DNA of 64,000 bases from Eutreptiella sp. 'Long Island Sound 2002' (lineage: Eukaryota; Protista; Euglenida): assembly GCA_964036045.1 (NCBI GenBank), contig OZ038378.1:2914001-2978000 (forward strand). The letters run 5' to 3'. This document shows, one piece after another, positions 11,620-22,884 of this stretch; the first letter of the stretch is position 1; the number at the start of each line of letters is the position of its first letter. The notes under the pieces are model-generated. The model saw only the letters and a list, made by a program, of their open reading frames with translations, had not been told where the DNA came from and searched no databases. The position numbers were made by a program, and so were the translations under genes.

Positions 11620-11730
11620 GGGGAGGGGGGTGTTTGGCGCTATTGAGGCACACGGGTTGGGTTGGGGGGGGGTTGGCGCTAACGAGGCGCACCGGGGGGG
11701 GGGGGGGGGGGGTGGCGCTAACGAGGCGTG
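11610..11730 (-). repeat. Array of the CGTGCGCCTCGTTAGCGCC motif, reverse orientation, abutting the start of the KDZ core
   Basis: GGCGCTAACGAGGCGCAC copies separated by G-runs. Confidence 0.8.
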
Positions 11731-11963
11731 TGGGTCCGGTGAGGATAGCCAACATCCTGAATGTGTTTACGCACACGCCGCAAGGGCCAAAAAAAGTTTT
11801 TCCATCCTGAGGCGCCTCTTTAGTGCCAAACCTCTCCTTCCGTGCACCTCGTTAGTGCCAACCCCCCCCCCCCCGGGCGCGCCTCGTCGACGCCGACCAT
11901 GGCTGTGTAGCAAGCGGCCCAGTTCATGCCCCTTGGAAGAAGGGGTGTGACGAGGCTGCCTTT

Positions 11964-12197
11964 TTGGCAAAAATGGCTGTGACTATCATCGTTGATGGTA
12001 GTATGAAGGCATGCTATAAGATTTGCCAGCATCAGTATGGTGAGTACTTCATTGATGCGGCGACAGGGTTGTCCCTTAAGGCACCGTGTAAGGCATCGCA
12101 CAGCCGCCGCACATTGTATTGCCCCGAGCATGCACTGCTCCACGTGGGCACTCATTTTGACGAGGATGATAGCATCTCTACTCGCACTAGCCTGTAG
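11964..12197 (+). mobile_element. KDZ transposase N-terminal segment (IIVDGSMKACYKIC...APCKASHSRRTLYCPEH), opposite strand to the core
   Basis: DG..K....C ... C......S.YC..H motif, which normally precedes the KDZ core. Flanked by the same GC motif arrays. Confidence 0.65.
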
Positions 12198-12247
12198 TTT
12201 AAGCTCCCCCCGTGTGCCTCGTTAGCATCAAACCCCCCCCCCCCCCT

Positions 12248-12406
12248 TGTGTGACATTCCGTTCAGTTGTTGTTTCTCTACGGGCCCTAGACACTCACCC
12301 GTTCTTCCCTTCGCATGTTGCATCAGGTTGCTGCTTTTTGTCGGTCACTGCGGCCGGTGCTCTTGCTGGTGTCTTTTTCGCGTTTGCGGAGCCCGGTGGT
12401 TGGTGT
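12248..12406 (+). repeat. Dispersed repeat of about 160 bp, copy 1 of 3
   Basis: Reverse complement of 45558-45720 and 47062-47223; one end abuts a C/G homopolymer in each copy. Confidence 0.85.
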
Positions 12407-13153
12407 GCCAGGGCTGTGCTGGATGTGGCATGGTGTGCCGTTTGCGCGTCAGTGGCGCCCAGTAGTTGGCGTATTGAGGTTGTGCTGGTTGTTGCCGGGG
12501 TTGTTTGACTGTTTTTGCTGTCCACGTGCCTCTGTCCACAGGCTGTCCATAACATGCCTCTCTGTGTTTCCGTGTGTGTGAGGCCCAGGTGCCCTGATCC
12601 TCCACGCATTGCCCCGATCGTCCACCATTTGTCCCTTTCCCCCTCACGGCTGGTCTGCCCCTGGTGGGCTCCCGCTCTTGCGAAAACAGCCCATCTGGGC
12701 TGCGGGAGACACCACCCACCTGATGCCAGTTGAGCAGGGGTTGCCCTGGCACCCGGTAGCCACAGGGCTGGCTGGCCCCCGTGCGCCTCGTTAGCGGCAA
12801 AACCCCCCACCCCCCGCACCTCGTGAAACGAGGCGCGTGGTCTCGGTCAAACTATGAAATAAAGCCTACCAACTGTTTACCGACAGCTTCCAACGAAAGA
12901 CGTGCCCGGTCACTCGTAGAAGATCCACCAAACCCAATACAACACACACAACACAATATACACAGCACATAGCACACACAAACTCTGACGTGATCATTTC
13001 AAATTGAATCACCAATGCATGCAGGACGAAAATGTTGAAACGAAAGGTTTTGCAGACCCAAAAGCCAACGCTAACCGCCAATCATCCTAGAATCAGTACA
13101 TAAAGCAGGAGCGAGTGCAGCTACGGTGGGGGTGAAAAAGCAGGGGCAATCAC

Positions 13154-13273
13154 CGTTGCATTCCCAGGCACTGGTCTTGGGCTGCTGCTGCTGCTGCTGC
13201 TGTCGCCGTGGTATGCAATGGTCTCCACTAGTCCGCAGGAGTCAGCCTTCTCGATGACCAATTGTTTCTTGAG
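13154..13273 (-). CDS. Exon paralogous to 8926-9048 (LKKQLVIEKADSCGLVETIAYHGDSSSSSSSPRPVPGNAT)
   Basis: CCTTAG acceptor and ACG|GTGATT donor; 120 nt, phase 0->0. Shares LVIE..D.CG.VE and GDS7P with the 9 kb exon. Confidence 0.5.
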
Positions 13274-13826
13274 CTAAGGGAGAGGGCGTGAACGGAGTGT
13301 TGCTTGGCACGAAGGCTGGACGTGGGTACCAGGAGTGATTTTGGCGCAATACAAACCTACCGCCAAACCCACTAATTGGCAAAGGCACCTGTGCACTAAT
13401 CGGCAACAAATCGGCACAAAACAGCAGCTGAAAAACAAGGCACAAGGTTGGCTCTCACTAAAGGGGACCGTAACTCGGGGAACCGGTGTGATGAGGGTCT
13501 TGTTTACTCAGGTCGAAACAGTTCCTCACATTTGAGTAGGGTCCACATTACTGATTACGCCCAGCCGCCGACCCTGGTCGTAAGTCGCCAATAGAGAGTC
13601 CCTGGGCCTCGCTTTTTAATTTTTTTTGGGTATTATTTGCAGTGGCCCCCCGTTTTTTGTTTGGTGGTGCGGCAGCCTGCACGGACATGAAGAATTTGCT
13701 AGGGAGGGCAGTCCGAATGCACAAGTCACAAGTAGCAGAATTTGAAGACAAGGAGGCCCACTTCCGCAGTACCGCATCCCGGTGACAACCGCTCATTTTG
13801 GCAATATTTTTTTTTGACCGCACTAA

Positions 13827-15952
13827 AAGCGGAATTTGCACTAATCAGCAAAAATCGGCAGGAATCGGGGGGGGGGGGCGAACCTACGAGAAGCCAAACC
13901 ACCCCAAATTGTCAAGTTGGTCATCAAGGCCTCAGATTACATGTGACTTGCACGTTGCGCCCAGTGTGGAGGAGTGGGAAAGCACTGCAGCACCTCCTAG
14001 CCGCAACGTTCCCTGAATTGCAGCACAACGGGAGATCCATATTTCCCACATTGGTCCCCCAACCCTCAGCAGTGATCACACACAGGGGGACTCATTTTCT
14101 CCTAGCTGAATCACAGCTTGTGGCTGGATGAAATTTGTCCACGAAAAGAGGTGACACTAATCAATGCACAAACCACACTGCAAAATAAGCCAAGCAAAAA
14201 ACCCCGCACGCACTGAAATGAGTCCATCGCCTTCAATAGATCTCACATCCGATGGGATGATCATCATGGTCAGCAGTGCTTCAACCATGTCACGGAACAT
14301 GGTCGGAAAAGCTGCGCCGTGTTCCCCCATTTGCACCAATCTCATATCCGTCACAGCCAGAGAAATTGTTGCTTGTGAGAGAAAACCGAGGCTCAGGCTA
14401 TCAGTTGAAAGCAGGGGACTGGGTGGACACTCTTCAGGCAACCAATGCCCCCATGCCCTAATGCCGTTCATGCCTCTTTGGTGCAGCGCTGATGTTTTGC
14501 TGGCAGCGAGGTAACGGATAATGCGAAGGCAATCACTGACAACGAAGGGGGAGACACACACAGGTGTTCCTTGTGCTCTGGTGAGGCTCCAGACTTTGCA
14601 TGGGCGCATGCGGCCGCAACCCAGATGGAACACAGGCATACAGGGGGGAACGGAGGCTTCGGAGCTGCATACTGTGTCATAACCTCGGTGAGTTCACTGA
14701 TTGCAAAATTGCCGGCCCTCAATGCAGTGACACTGGTGACCCTCTGCATACAGCAGGGCACCCATGTGCACGAAGCCGATATGTGGGTATACGCACGTAC
14801 ATGCGCATACGTGTACGCGACGGTTTCGCGACGTTTACGCGACACCTCTGCGTCACATATCCGTATACGGGCATACTAAAGCCATGTTCATCGGGGGAGT
14901 GTGCGTATACGCATTTCCATGTACGCTTACACATGCCTAAATGTAGACACTGTGCTCCAACTTGTAGACACTGAGGAGACATTTACTCGAGTGTAGTCTG
15001 TAGACACTGTGCGTACATGTAGACACTGTGCACAGTTTGTAGACACCGTGCGCATACATGTTTGCCCGAGTATAGTCTGTAGACACTGTGCATGGCGGTG
15101 TACAACGTGCACTTGTTGTAGGAACTGTGCACATATTGTAGACGCGAAGACACAATATAAAGGATATTAAGGACCAAGGATAAAAAAAAAGGTTGCATCC
15201 GTTTGCCCGACCTGTGCACACCACGTTTGGGTGAGTGGGCGAGGCAAAGCTCCAACAATAAGACCTTCTCTGGAAGGCTACCTCAGTCCCGAAAAAGCCT
15301 ACCTACCTGCCCCCGTTTTCCCAAGTGTTGTCAGTGGACACTGTGCATACATTTAGAGTATGTATGCGCGCGTTTACACGTATACGTTTACACGTATACG
15401 TATCCGCACGCATACGCGTATAAATCTACCTTGTACGTTCTCGCGACATATACGCGACGTATGCGCGACGTACACGGATATGCGTATGCGCGTGTATACG
15501 TACGTGTACATGTGTATACGAACCGCCCTCGCGGGAAGAGTGGCGAATGCCGATATTGTGGCTTATTTTGGTTCCCCCCCTTTTGGCCCAAAACCCGGAC
15601 CGCTGACACCTCGCCTTCAGCCACACTGCCCAGCACAGCAACAGAGCACAGCAAATTCAGACAACGAAGACAGAAAGGTGCACGACACAAATGACATTTC
15701 ATCTGAGGGTTGGGGGACCAATGTGGGCAATATGGATCTCCCGCTATGCAGCAACTCAGGGAACGTTGCGGCTAGGAGGTGCTGCAGTGCTTTCCCCCTC
15801 CTCCACACTGGGCGCAATGTGCAAGTCACATGTAATCTGAGGCCTTGATGACCAACTTGACAATTTGGGGTGGTTTGGCTTCTCGTAGGTTCGCCCCCCC
15901 CCCCCGCCCCCCGATTCCTGCCGATTTTTGTTGATTAGTGCAAATTCCGCTT
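13827..15952. mobile_element. Foldback-type element: inverted repeats of about 245 bp (13827-14069 / 15703-15952) around a repetitive core
   Basis: The arms are near-identical reverse complements with sharp boundaries. No target-site duplication found. Confidence 0.7.
14780..15530. repeat. Two alternating purine-pyrimidine palindromic tracts (14780-14935, 15355-15525) flanking a TGTAGACACTGTG tandem array (14940-15145)
   Basis: GTATACG/CGCG/TACGTA-rich runs and repeated TGTAGACACTGTG read directly. Confidence 0.8.
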
Positions 15953-18900
15953 ACACAACACAGTGCCCGCCTCCCTCCTCCCGCCCACAACAGACTTCAA
16001 CCGATCTTTGGTTCACTCCCAACCGCTGGAGAGGGCCAGGCAACGGTTCAAAGTGCGATCAAAAGGAAACGATACCCCCGGGCGCACAGCACCTGCGCAT
16101 GTGGCGGCGATGTCACCGGCTGCGTCCCATGGGACGGCGTTGCAGAGTTCTGCGCCGCCACATGCTTAGCGAGCAGACGAGCGACGTGCGCTTGGCCCTC
16201 CAGCGTCAGTCCGTCCACACATGCGAACACTGCCCCTGAGGAGGTGTGTTGGGGGAAAGGGTGCAACAGCGCAGGCAATCGTCACCGCTCCTGATTGGTG
16301 TGCCTCCTCGACCTGCCACCTGACGACTGCACCTCGATGACCCAAACTACACCCTCCTCCTCACGGGGGGCGTTCAGACTCAAATCCCGACCCCAAACCC
16401 CCCCAAAACTTTTTGGGCCCCATGGGGGGGGGGTGTCCTTGGGGGGGGGGGGCGCCCAGTGGGGGGTCACGGGTGCCCCAACATACGTGCCTCAAAATGA
16501 TCCCCTCGTCGCGCGGATCATTTTGAACACACATATGTGGGGGCTTGAAAAAAAAATTAGCCCACTGGGGGTCCGGTCCCAGCACCCAGACTCGGGGGGG
16601 GGGGAGGCCAGGGGTGAAAGATTTTTCCTAGTTTGCATGCATATTTGAATCCCCCAAAAAGTTCTGAGCATTTTGAACATACACACAGAGGGTGAAGTCC
16701 ATTTTTACCTCCCAACCGTATGCCAAAAAAAGATTTTCTGGCGCCCTCGGCGCCATATTTGGGCCGGGTTTGGGCCCAATGTGGACCAGACCTCCTCATT
16801 TGGACCTCCCCAAGGGGGGGAGGGGGGGGATCAGGACCTGAGTCTGAACGCCCCCATGCTCCTCCTCCTCTCCGATACATATGACAAGACACATTGGCGC
16901 ACTTTCAAACGCCGGGCGAGAAACAAGAAGGGAAGGGAAGGGAAGGGGGGCAATGGGGCACGAGCGGGAACAACGCATTTGGGCGCTCGGCCGGACACAC
17001 AAGCGTATGGGGGCACGGATTGGCAATTCACAACTCGGAATTGTTCCGGCCCTGATCTCATGGCACTTTTGGGTACAATCTGGCGTTCTTTTGGTCCAAA
17101 ATATGGATCGGTTAAGGCTACATAATTGTTGCCCTCGGCGCTCGAAAAAAGAGTCCGGTGACAAGAGGCAACTTGCAACGGAGTGGCAGGCATTCATAGC
17201 GAGCAGGGTTGGAGCAGCACTGAACGCACTCCCCAACCAACAAGGAAATGGTTAGAGACCCTACAGCCCCTCCATAGGTTCCCCACCTCAAGCCCCATAA
17301 CTACATTCCCCTGCCAAAGGCCCTTACCATGGCTGGTGTGGAGCTGCGGTTTGACGGGGTCTGCGTTGGGGTTGTAGGGCACGGCCAAACTCGTGGTAGT
17401 GATGTCTGCGTGCGACGGCATGTGGTCTGTCCCAAAGACGCTGAGGAGAATGGGCGTGGCGACGCAGGTTTGGGTAGGCAGGGGGCAATCCTCTACATCC
17501 TTTGCGCGATGCAATATTGTGGTTGTGTCGACGATTGAAGTGGTGGTACTTTCATTGCCTTGTGAACGTGGTTAGCTTGGCGGGCGAGACCTACATAATA
17601 GGCTCCCCACTGCGTGCGGATTTGGCGCAGCGGCGGTTTCCGTCTTCGGGAGGATGATCGCCAAAGCAAATTTCGATGAATCGGACACATCATATACTTG
17701 ATCCAAGGACTCCAAATCTGTCGTGTTGCTCTCCGCCTGGACGATCAACACGACAAGGGTAGGGGCACGTAGAGAACACGGGGAGGGCAAATGGCGCGGG
17801 GAATGAATCGGGGAGGGCAAGGACAATGGCGTGCACGATAGGATCTACCGTCCGTCCCACCCACTTGGACGGTGTTTTTCTAAGAGGCGGGGGGTCCCTA
17901 CAAACCCTAGCAACACGCGGCCAACAAATACCCCGGGTCCAACGTTCGTTCCCAGGCTTATGGTTGGCTCAAACACACACACTTAAGACGCATCTCACAA
18001 ACTTGGCACGGGCTTGGGCACGGCCACAGGCAAAGGCATAGGCATCAAGGGACCCCACACTCGGCCCAAGCGAACCACGACGGTCTGCCTTGTGCTATGG
18101 GATACGGTACATACGTGGAGGCGTTTTGTGCACAACATAACATCCACATCCGTGACCCAAAAGTTGCTGGAATATTGTAAGTAAATAACGTAGAATTCTG
18201 AAAGACAGCACAGTCCTCTTAATGCTTCATGGGACGAGCAATGGTCATATTATATCGTGTACCCGTGTGGTGCAAGACGAGACGAGCATGCGTTGAGGCT
18301 TGAAAGCTTGAGGCCTGAAGGCTTTGTGTGTGCACTTTGCTGCGAGGTTTTCCGCGAATTGAGTTGCACATCACCGCGGCAACCTTGCAAAGTGCGAATG
18401 CCAAGCGGGAGGGGAAGCAGACAACAGTTTTCGTGCCATTCCATTTTGTGCCGATTCATCAAGACCTTGGGTCACTTTGGTGCTCCCCTCGCTTCGATGG
18501 GCCGCAATTGGTTAAAAAATCCCGGCGGGCCTTCACGTTTGACGAAGTGGGACGTGCTCTACAAATTGTCAAATACCAAGGCGGTTCGGGGCAAAAGTTG
18601 CCGATGCAATATGCGTCATGTACACAACAACAAATCAAACCCCGAGATTTGCGAGACACATTGAGCGTTGGTTTGGGGTTGAAATCAATTTGCCCCGGAT
18701 CGCGAAGAGCAACCACCAAGTGATGGCCTTCAATAACTTCTGTGCTGGTGGTGACCGAGAACGTGCCATCTGTAAATGGTGACAAGCGACAAAAGAAGCC
18801 CCAAAAAACGAGACGGGTCATCCCACCTAGCGTCACACTTCGCCCGTCGCAGACCTTGAAGGCGGGAAACCCCACAAACAGTTGTCGCCTGTTTTTGAGA

Positions 18901-20460
18901 GGATTGACCTAAGCGCTTCATGGCGGCCTCGAATATAGCGGAAACACCGCCATCCCATCGGTGGAGACTTGAGTTGGGGAGGCTCGAATTTGCAAGCTTC
19001 TCCTCGCCCACGTTAAGGTATGTGGTCAATTGCCTCAAATATTTACACTTTGAAGGAGAATAACACCAAAATCTCTCGCTTTGATCGTCGGTACCTGTGG
19101 TATAATACACCCAACACTTGAGGTGTCAGGAAGTTAAGCCCTTTCGAAGAGTTTTTTGCGACATGTGAAGGCACAAGTACACAATCTTGAAACGACTTCA
19201 TGCTGAAAGGTTGTCACGGAAACCCGGGTGCTTGGGGCCGAAGAATCGCCTTCTCGGAGAGTTGTGCCCGCATGCAAAAGCGGGGGGGGGCACCCAGTGC
19301 AAAAGTGACAGTGCAAAAGTGACATGTGGCCACGTGGAGCGCTTTCTCACAAACGGTGTCGCTTGCTTGGCCTGGATACTACCAAAGACGGCCATAATAT
19401 TCTCCCACTCATGCGCTGACGGTTGGATGAAGCGTTTGCGGCATAGTACTCACCAAAAACTCGATGTTGGCCGCAACAAGAACCAAAGTGTGAGCACACA
19501 TGGTTGATTCGCGGTGCGAGTGGCTTTTTCTGTATTCCAGGGATTCTGGGGAACATACCACAACTAACAAAGTCAGATATCACAGCTACAGAATAGTCAG
19601 TGGTATCCTTCAATGCCAACGCGGTGATGAGTCCGACTAAATTGTCCGTGAGAACCAAGATATCAAAAAACTGCAACATGGGATGGAATTTCAACTTGAT
19701 CAAAGACATGAAATTGATAGGTTTGGATCGTTACGTACCTCGCTACTCATTTCGAGAGCATCCTCAGCCAGCACGGAGTTCAAATGCTATTTGATCCGGG
19801 TTGCGACCAGACGGTCTGGCAGACGGCGGAGGCGCGACCTTCACTTGGTAACTTAGTGCATTGGTGGGACGAGGAGGAGAATGAGAAGGCAATGCCACAG
19901 GAGAGTTCACTGCAGCAGGAGGATGGGGTGCCTCAGGGTCCAAGGGGTTCCCATTTGTGGGAAAAGGCAGTGAATCCAGGGGGTGTAGCAGTGCAGGAGG
20001 ACGCGCAGCAGCAGCAGCTTGCAAGCCAGTTGCAGGAGGAGGCAGTGCAGGTGGATGCGGTCGAGCAGCAAGGATGGGACTTGGTGCATGGCATTGGCCA
20101 TTCGTGCTGAATAACGAGTTTGTGTTTGTGAATTTGTGAAAAATCGAAACTGCACAAAAATTTTCGAACGGTGATCGCGCAAGGAGGTAACAATATATTG
20201 TGGTTGTCCAAGCGTTACCATCGAAATCTGGCCCCAGCGGCACTGGGTCATGTAAGAGGTTCGGCCGGCCGAAGCACATGCCCATGCCGAATGCAAGAGT
20301 GTATGATGCCCTTTGGGCCCACTCACGTGCCCATTGGGCCATTATCTATGTGACGGTGCATGCCCTTTGGGCCCTTTGGGCCAGACAGAGCACATGCATA
20401 TTAGGTCAATTGGGCCAATTTGTGCACCATCAATGAAGGCGATAGGTGCAAGGTGCAAGG

Positions 20461-20482
20461 TTTTGAGTGTCTATTTTTTTCG
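20461..20482 (+). other. Euglenid spliced-leader-like sequence (SL relic)
   Basis: TTTTGAGTGTCTATTTTTTTCG versus the Euglena SL as I recall it, ACTTTCTGAGTGTCTATTTTTTTTCG. Not followed by the GT donor expected in an SL RNA gene. Confidence 0.6.
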
Positions 20483-22143
20483 CCTGTGATGCATCACTGG
20501 GGAGTCTTTGCGTTGCCGCCTGCATTGCCTATTTCAAATATAGCATGTTTGGGCCAAAGCATGAGGATTTCTATGTCATATGTTTATGATGTAGTTAAAA
20601 TTTTGGTAGTAAAGTTGTTTTCGTTAAATTGTTGTTCAATTATGTTTAATTATTTTATCTTTTTGTTTAATGATGTTAACTAGGCTTTGTTTTTCTGTAT
20701 TGTTGTTTTTCGTTTTGGTTTTGTATTTTGTAGAATTGTTGAACGAGGGATAGAATAGCGACGAATTGTTTGAGCCGATTGCCTTGAATTGTGTCGCCAA
20801 GGTTGAGTAGTTAATTCTCAATGCTATGGAGCTGCGCCAGCCAGGGGGGGGGGTTTCGGGTGGCTAGCCAGCCAGCGCCACCCAGCCACCCAGCCACCTA
20901 GCCAGCCACCCAGCCAACCACCATTGTTTTGTAACATGCATGTTTGCCTCACCGCCCTTGCTCTCAAGATCTCACCGATCCATGGAGTGTGTGGCAAAAT
21001 TTCCTTCCCTTTAAACAAAGCACATCATGCATCGGGATGGGGTTTTGGGTTGTTTGCTCGTGTGGGAATCCGGACTTAGTGGTCCAGTTGCACAATCACC
21101 AACACAATTGCCGTTGCATTGTGTTGTAGCGTCCCCGTGTCCAACTAACGTCGGCAAGCATGCATGGAGATGCCCCAGTGCATGCATTTTTTGAATAGGA
21201 AAAAATGTGTGATGTCCTATGACACCCGCAACCTTTCCCGTCCTTGCCCCTAACCCATTATTCAAAAAGGATGGTCTGATGCGGTGATTCTATGTTTTGT
21301 GTTCTTGGTCTTTATGGGAGGTTCCGAAGGCAAGGCAACTTGGAGTATGAGGTAAGGGTGTTCTTGAAAGGTGGCCGACCCCCCCCACCCTTGCAAACCC
21401 ATCCCCATACCCATACCATGCGTGAGAAGAGGCGGTACAATGGTGCACTACGTATTTTGGCTGTTTTCCGGGGGCGTGCCAGCCAGCCAGCCAGCCAGCC
21501 AGGGGGGGGGGGAGGGGGGGGGGGGGTTCCAAAGCCTCCCAGCCACCCAGCCGCGGCTAGGCGCAGCTCCTATGTGGACAACTTGTGCATGAGTGTTGAA
21601 ATATTGAGAGTGATAGTTGAGCTATTGAGACTGATATTCACAATATTGTATTAGCGTCACAGCGTCATCCATAAGTTCATGTGATGGGGTCATTGACCAC
21701 AACGGTGTGTACGAAGGAAACGAAGTTGCACATGTTCATGTTCATCACGTGATATTAGGCGGGGCTGCCTTTAATTGCAAGCAAGCAAGAAATTCAACCC
21801 CAAGACGCCACGAGGAGGTTACAGATTATGCCATGGGGTTGCTACTTGGGTTGGTGAAGTTGTTGATCGTCCAAATCTAACGATGAAAGACATGGGCCGA
21901 CGCCTTGTTTTCACTAAATTGGCAAGGTCTGAAATTACTTTAAACTAGGAGTTTTGCTAGAATAAACTGTGCGAAACGGTAAGACCGGGTAGACCGGAAG
22001 ATCGGACTCTCCGAAATGCGTACCTGTAGCCAAAGGAATATGGCGATACTGGGGGTGGACTTTGGCGGGCAAGTAGGGACCATGACCCCTATATTTTTTG
22101 TGCACAGCGACACGGTTCCGAGACGGCCACATGCTATCGGAAC

Positions 22144-22884
22144 ATGCAGCTAAGCGGCCATGGCATAGCCCTCTTGCTGGTGCTGTTGAGCCTCGCCATA
22201 AGCCCCAGTCCTTTGGTTGCACACTCTGCCAACGCCACAAATGGGGCCTTGCCTGTGATTGCTGACGCCCCAAGCCGCCCCTCCCTCATGCAATGGCAGG
22301 CATACTCCACCCCCAAAAAGGAACGCTTGTTTAACAATTGTGTCGAGGAGCAGATGCATCGGGTATTGCGGACCCCTGAGACCGAGACGGATGTGCAAGC
22401 CATGCGTGCGCGGGTGCTGGAGCGAGTTTTGACCCTCGGGAAGCGGGTTGTGGTGGTGGTGTTCTTTGGGCGCCGGAGGTACGTGCGGATACTGGTCCAC
22501 TACCTTCTGCGTAATCTGCGTGGGAGCGGCGGTGTTGTGGACTCCATTTGGCTGTACATGAACACGCGGAGCGACGAGGACGTGCAGTTTGCAAAGGAGT
22601 TGCGCGCCAACTCGTCGGCCGTCAGGCTCGTGCGGCTGCCGGCGTCTTTGGCGACGGCGGACAGCTTTTGCAACAACCTCAAGTTGGAGCGCTGCAAGAA
22701 GAGCATCCAAATGCGCCTCAACAATTGCTGGAACTACTTGCGGCAGCAGAAGGGCACACTGTATTTGCGGGTGGATGATGATGTGCTGTTCTTGGAGGAT
22801 GGGGCGTTCGAACACTTGTTGTACCAGAAGCTGTTCAACCCTGGTTACGTGTTGTATTCTGGCAATATGATCAACTCGTACCAG
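22144..22884 (+). CDS. Glycosyltransferase-like (GT-A fold, DxD) gene, exon 1
   Basis: N-terminal hydrophobic signal/anchor; VVVFFGRRRYVRIL..YL.RNL..SGGVVD and YLRVDDDVLFLEDGAF motifs; strong GC3 bias; CAG|GTCTGA phase-0 donor. Confidence 0.88.

Noticed and set aside
12288-12297. Second SL-like 10-mer (TGAGTGTCTA on the minus strand)
   Set aside because: It lacks the T-run and CG, and lies in a dispersed repeat whose other copies read TGACTGTCCA or TGACCGTCCA, so it is a chance match.
13455-13480. CTAAAGGGGACC as a Kolobok-like left end
   Set aside because: No matching right end found in the window.
18219-20342. Cluster of 100-190 aa ORFs on both strands
   Set aside because: The region looks like decayed coding or TE DNA, but I could not find a consistent motif series in any frame.
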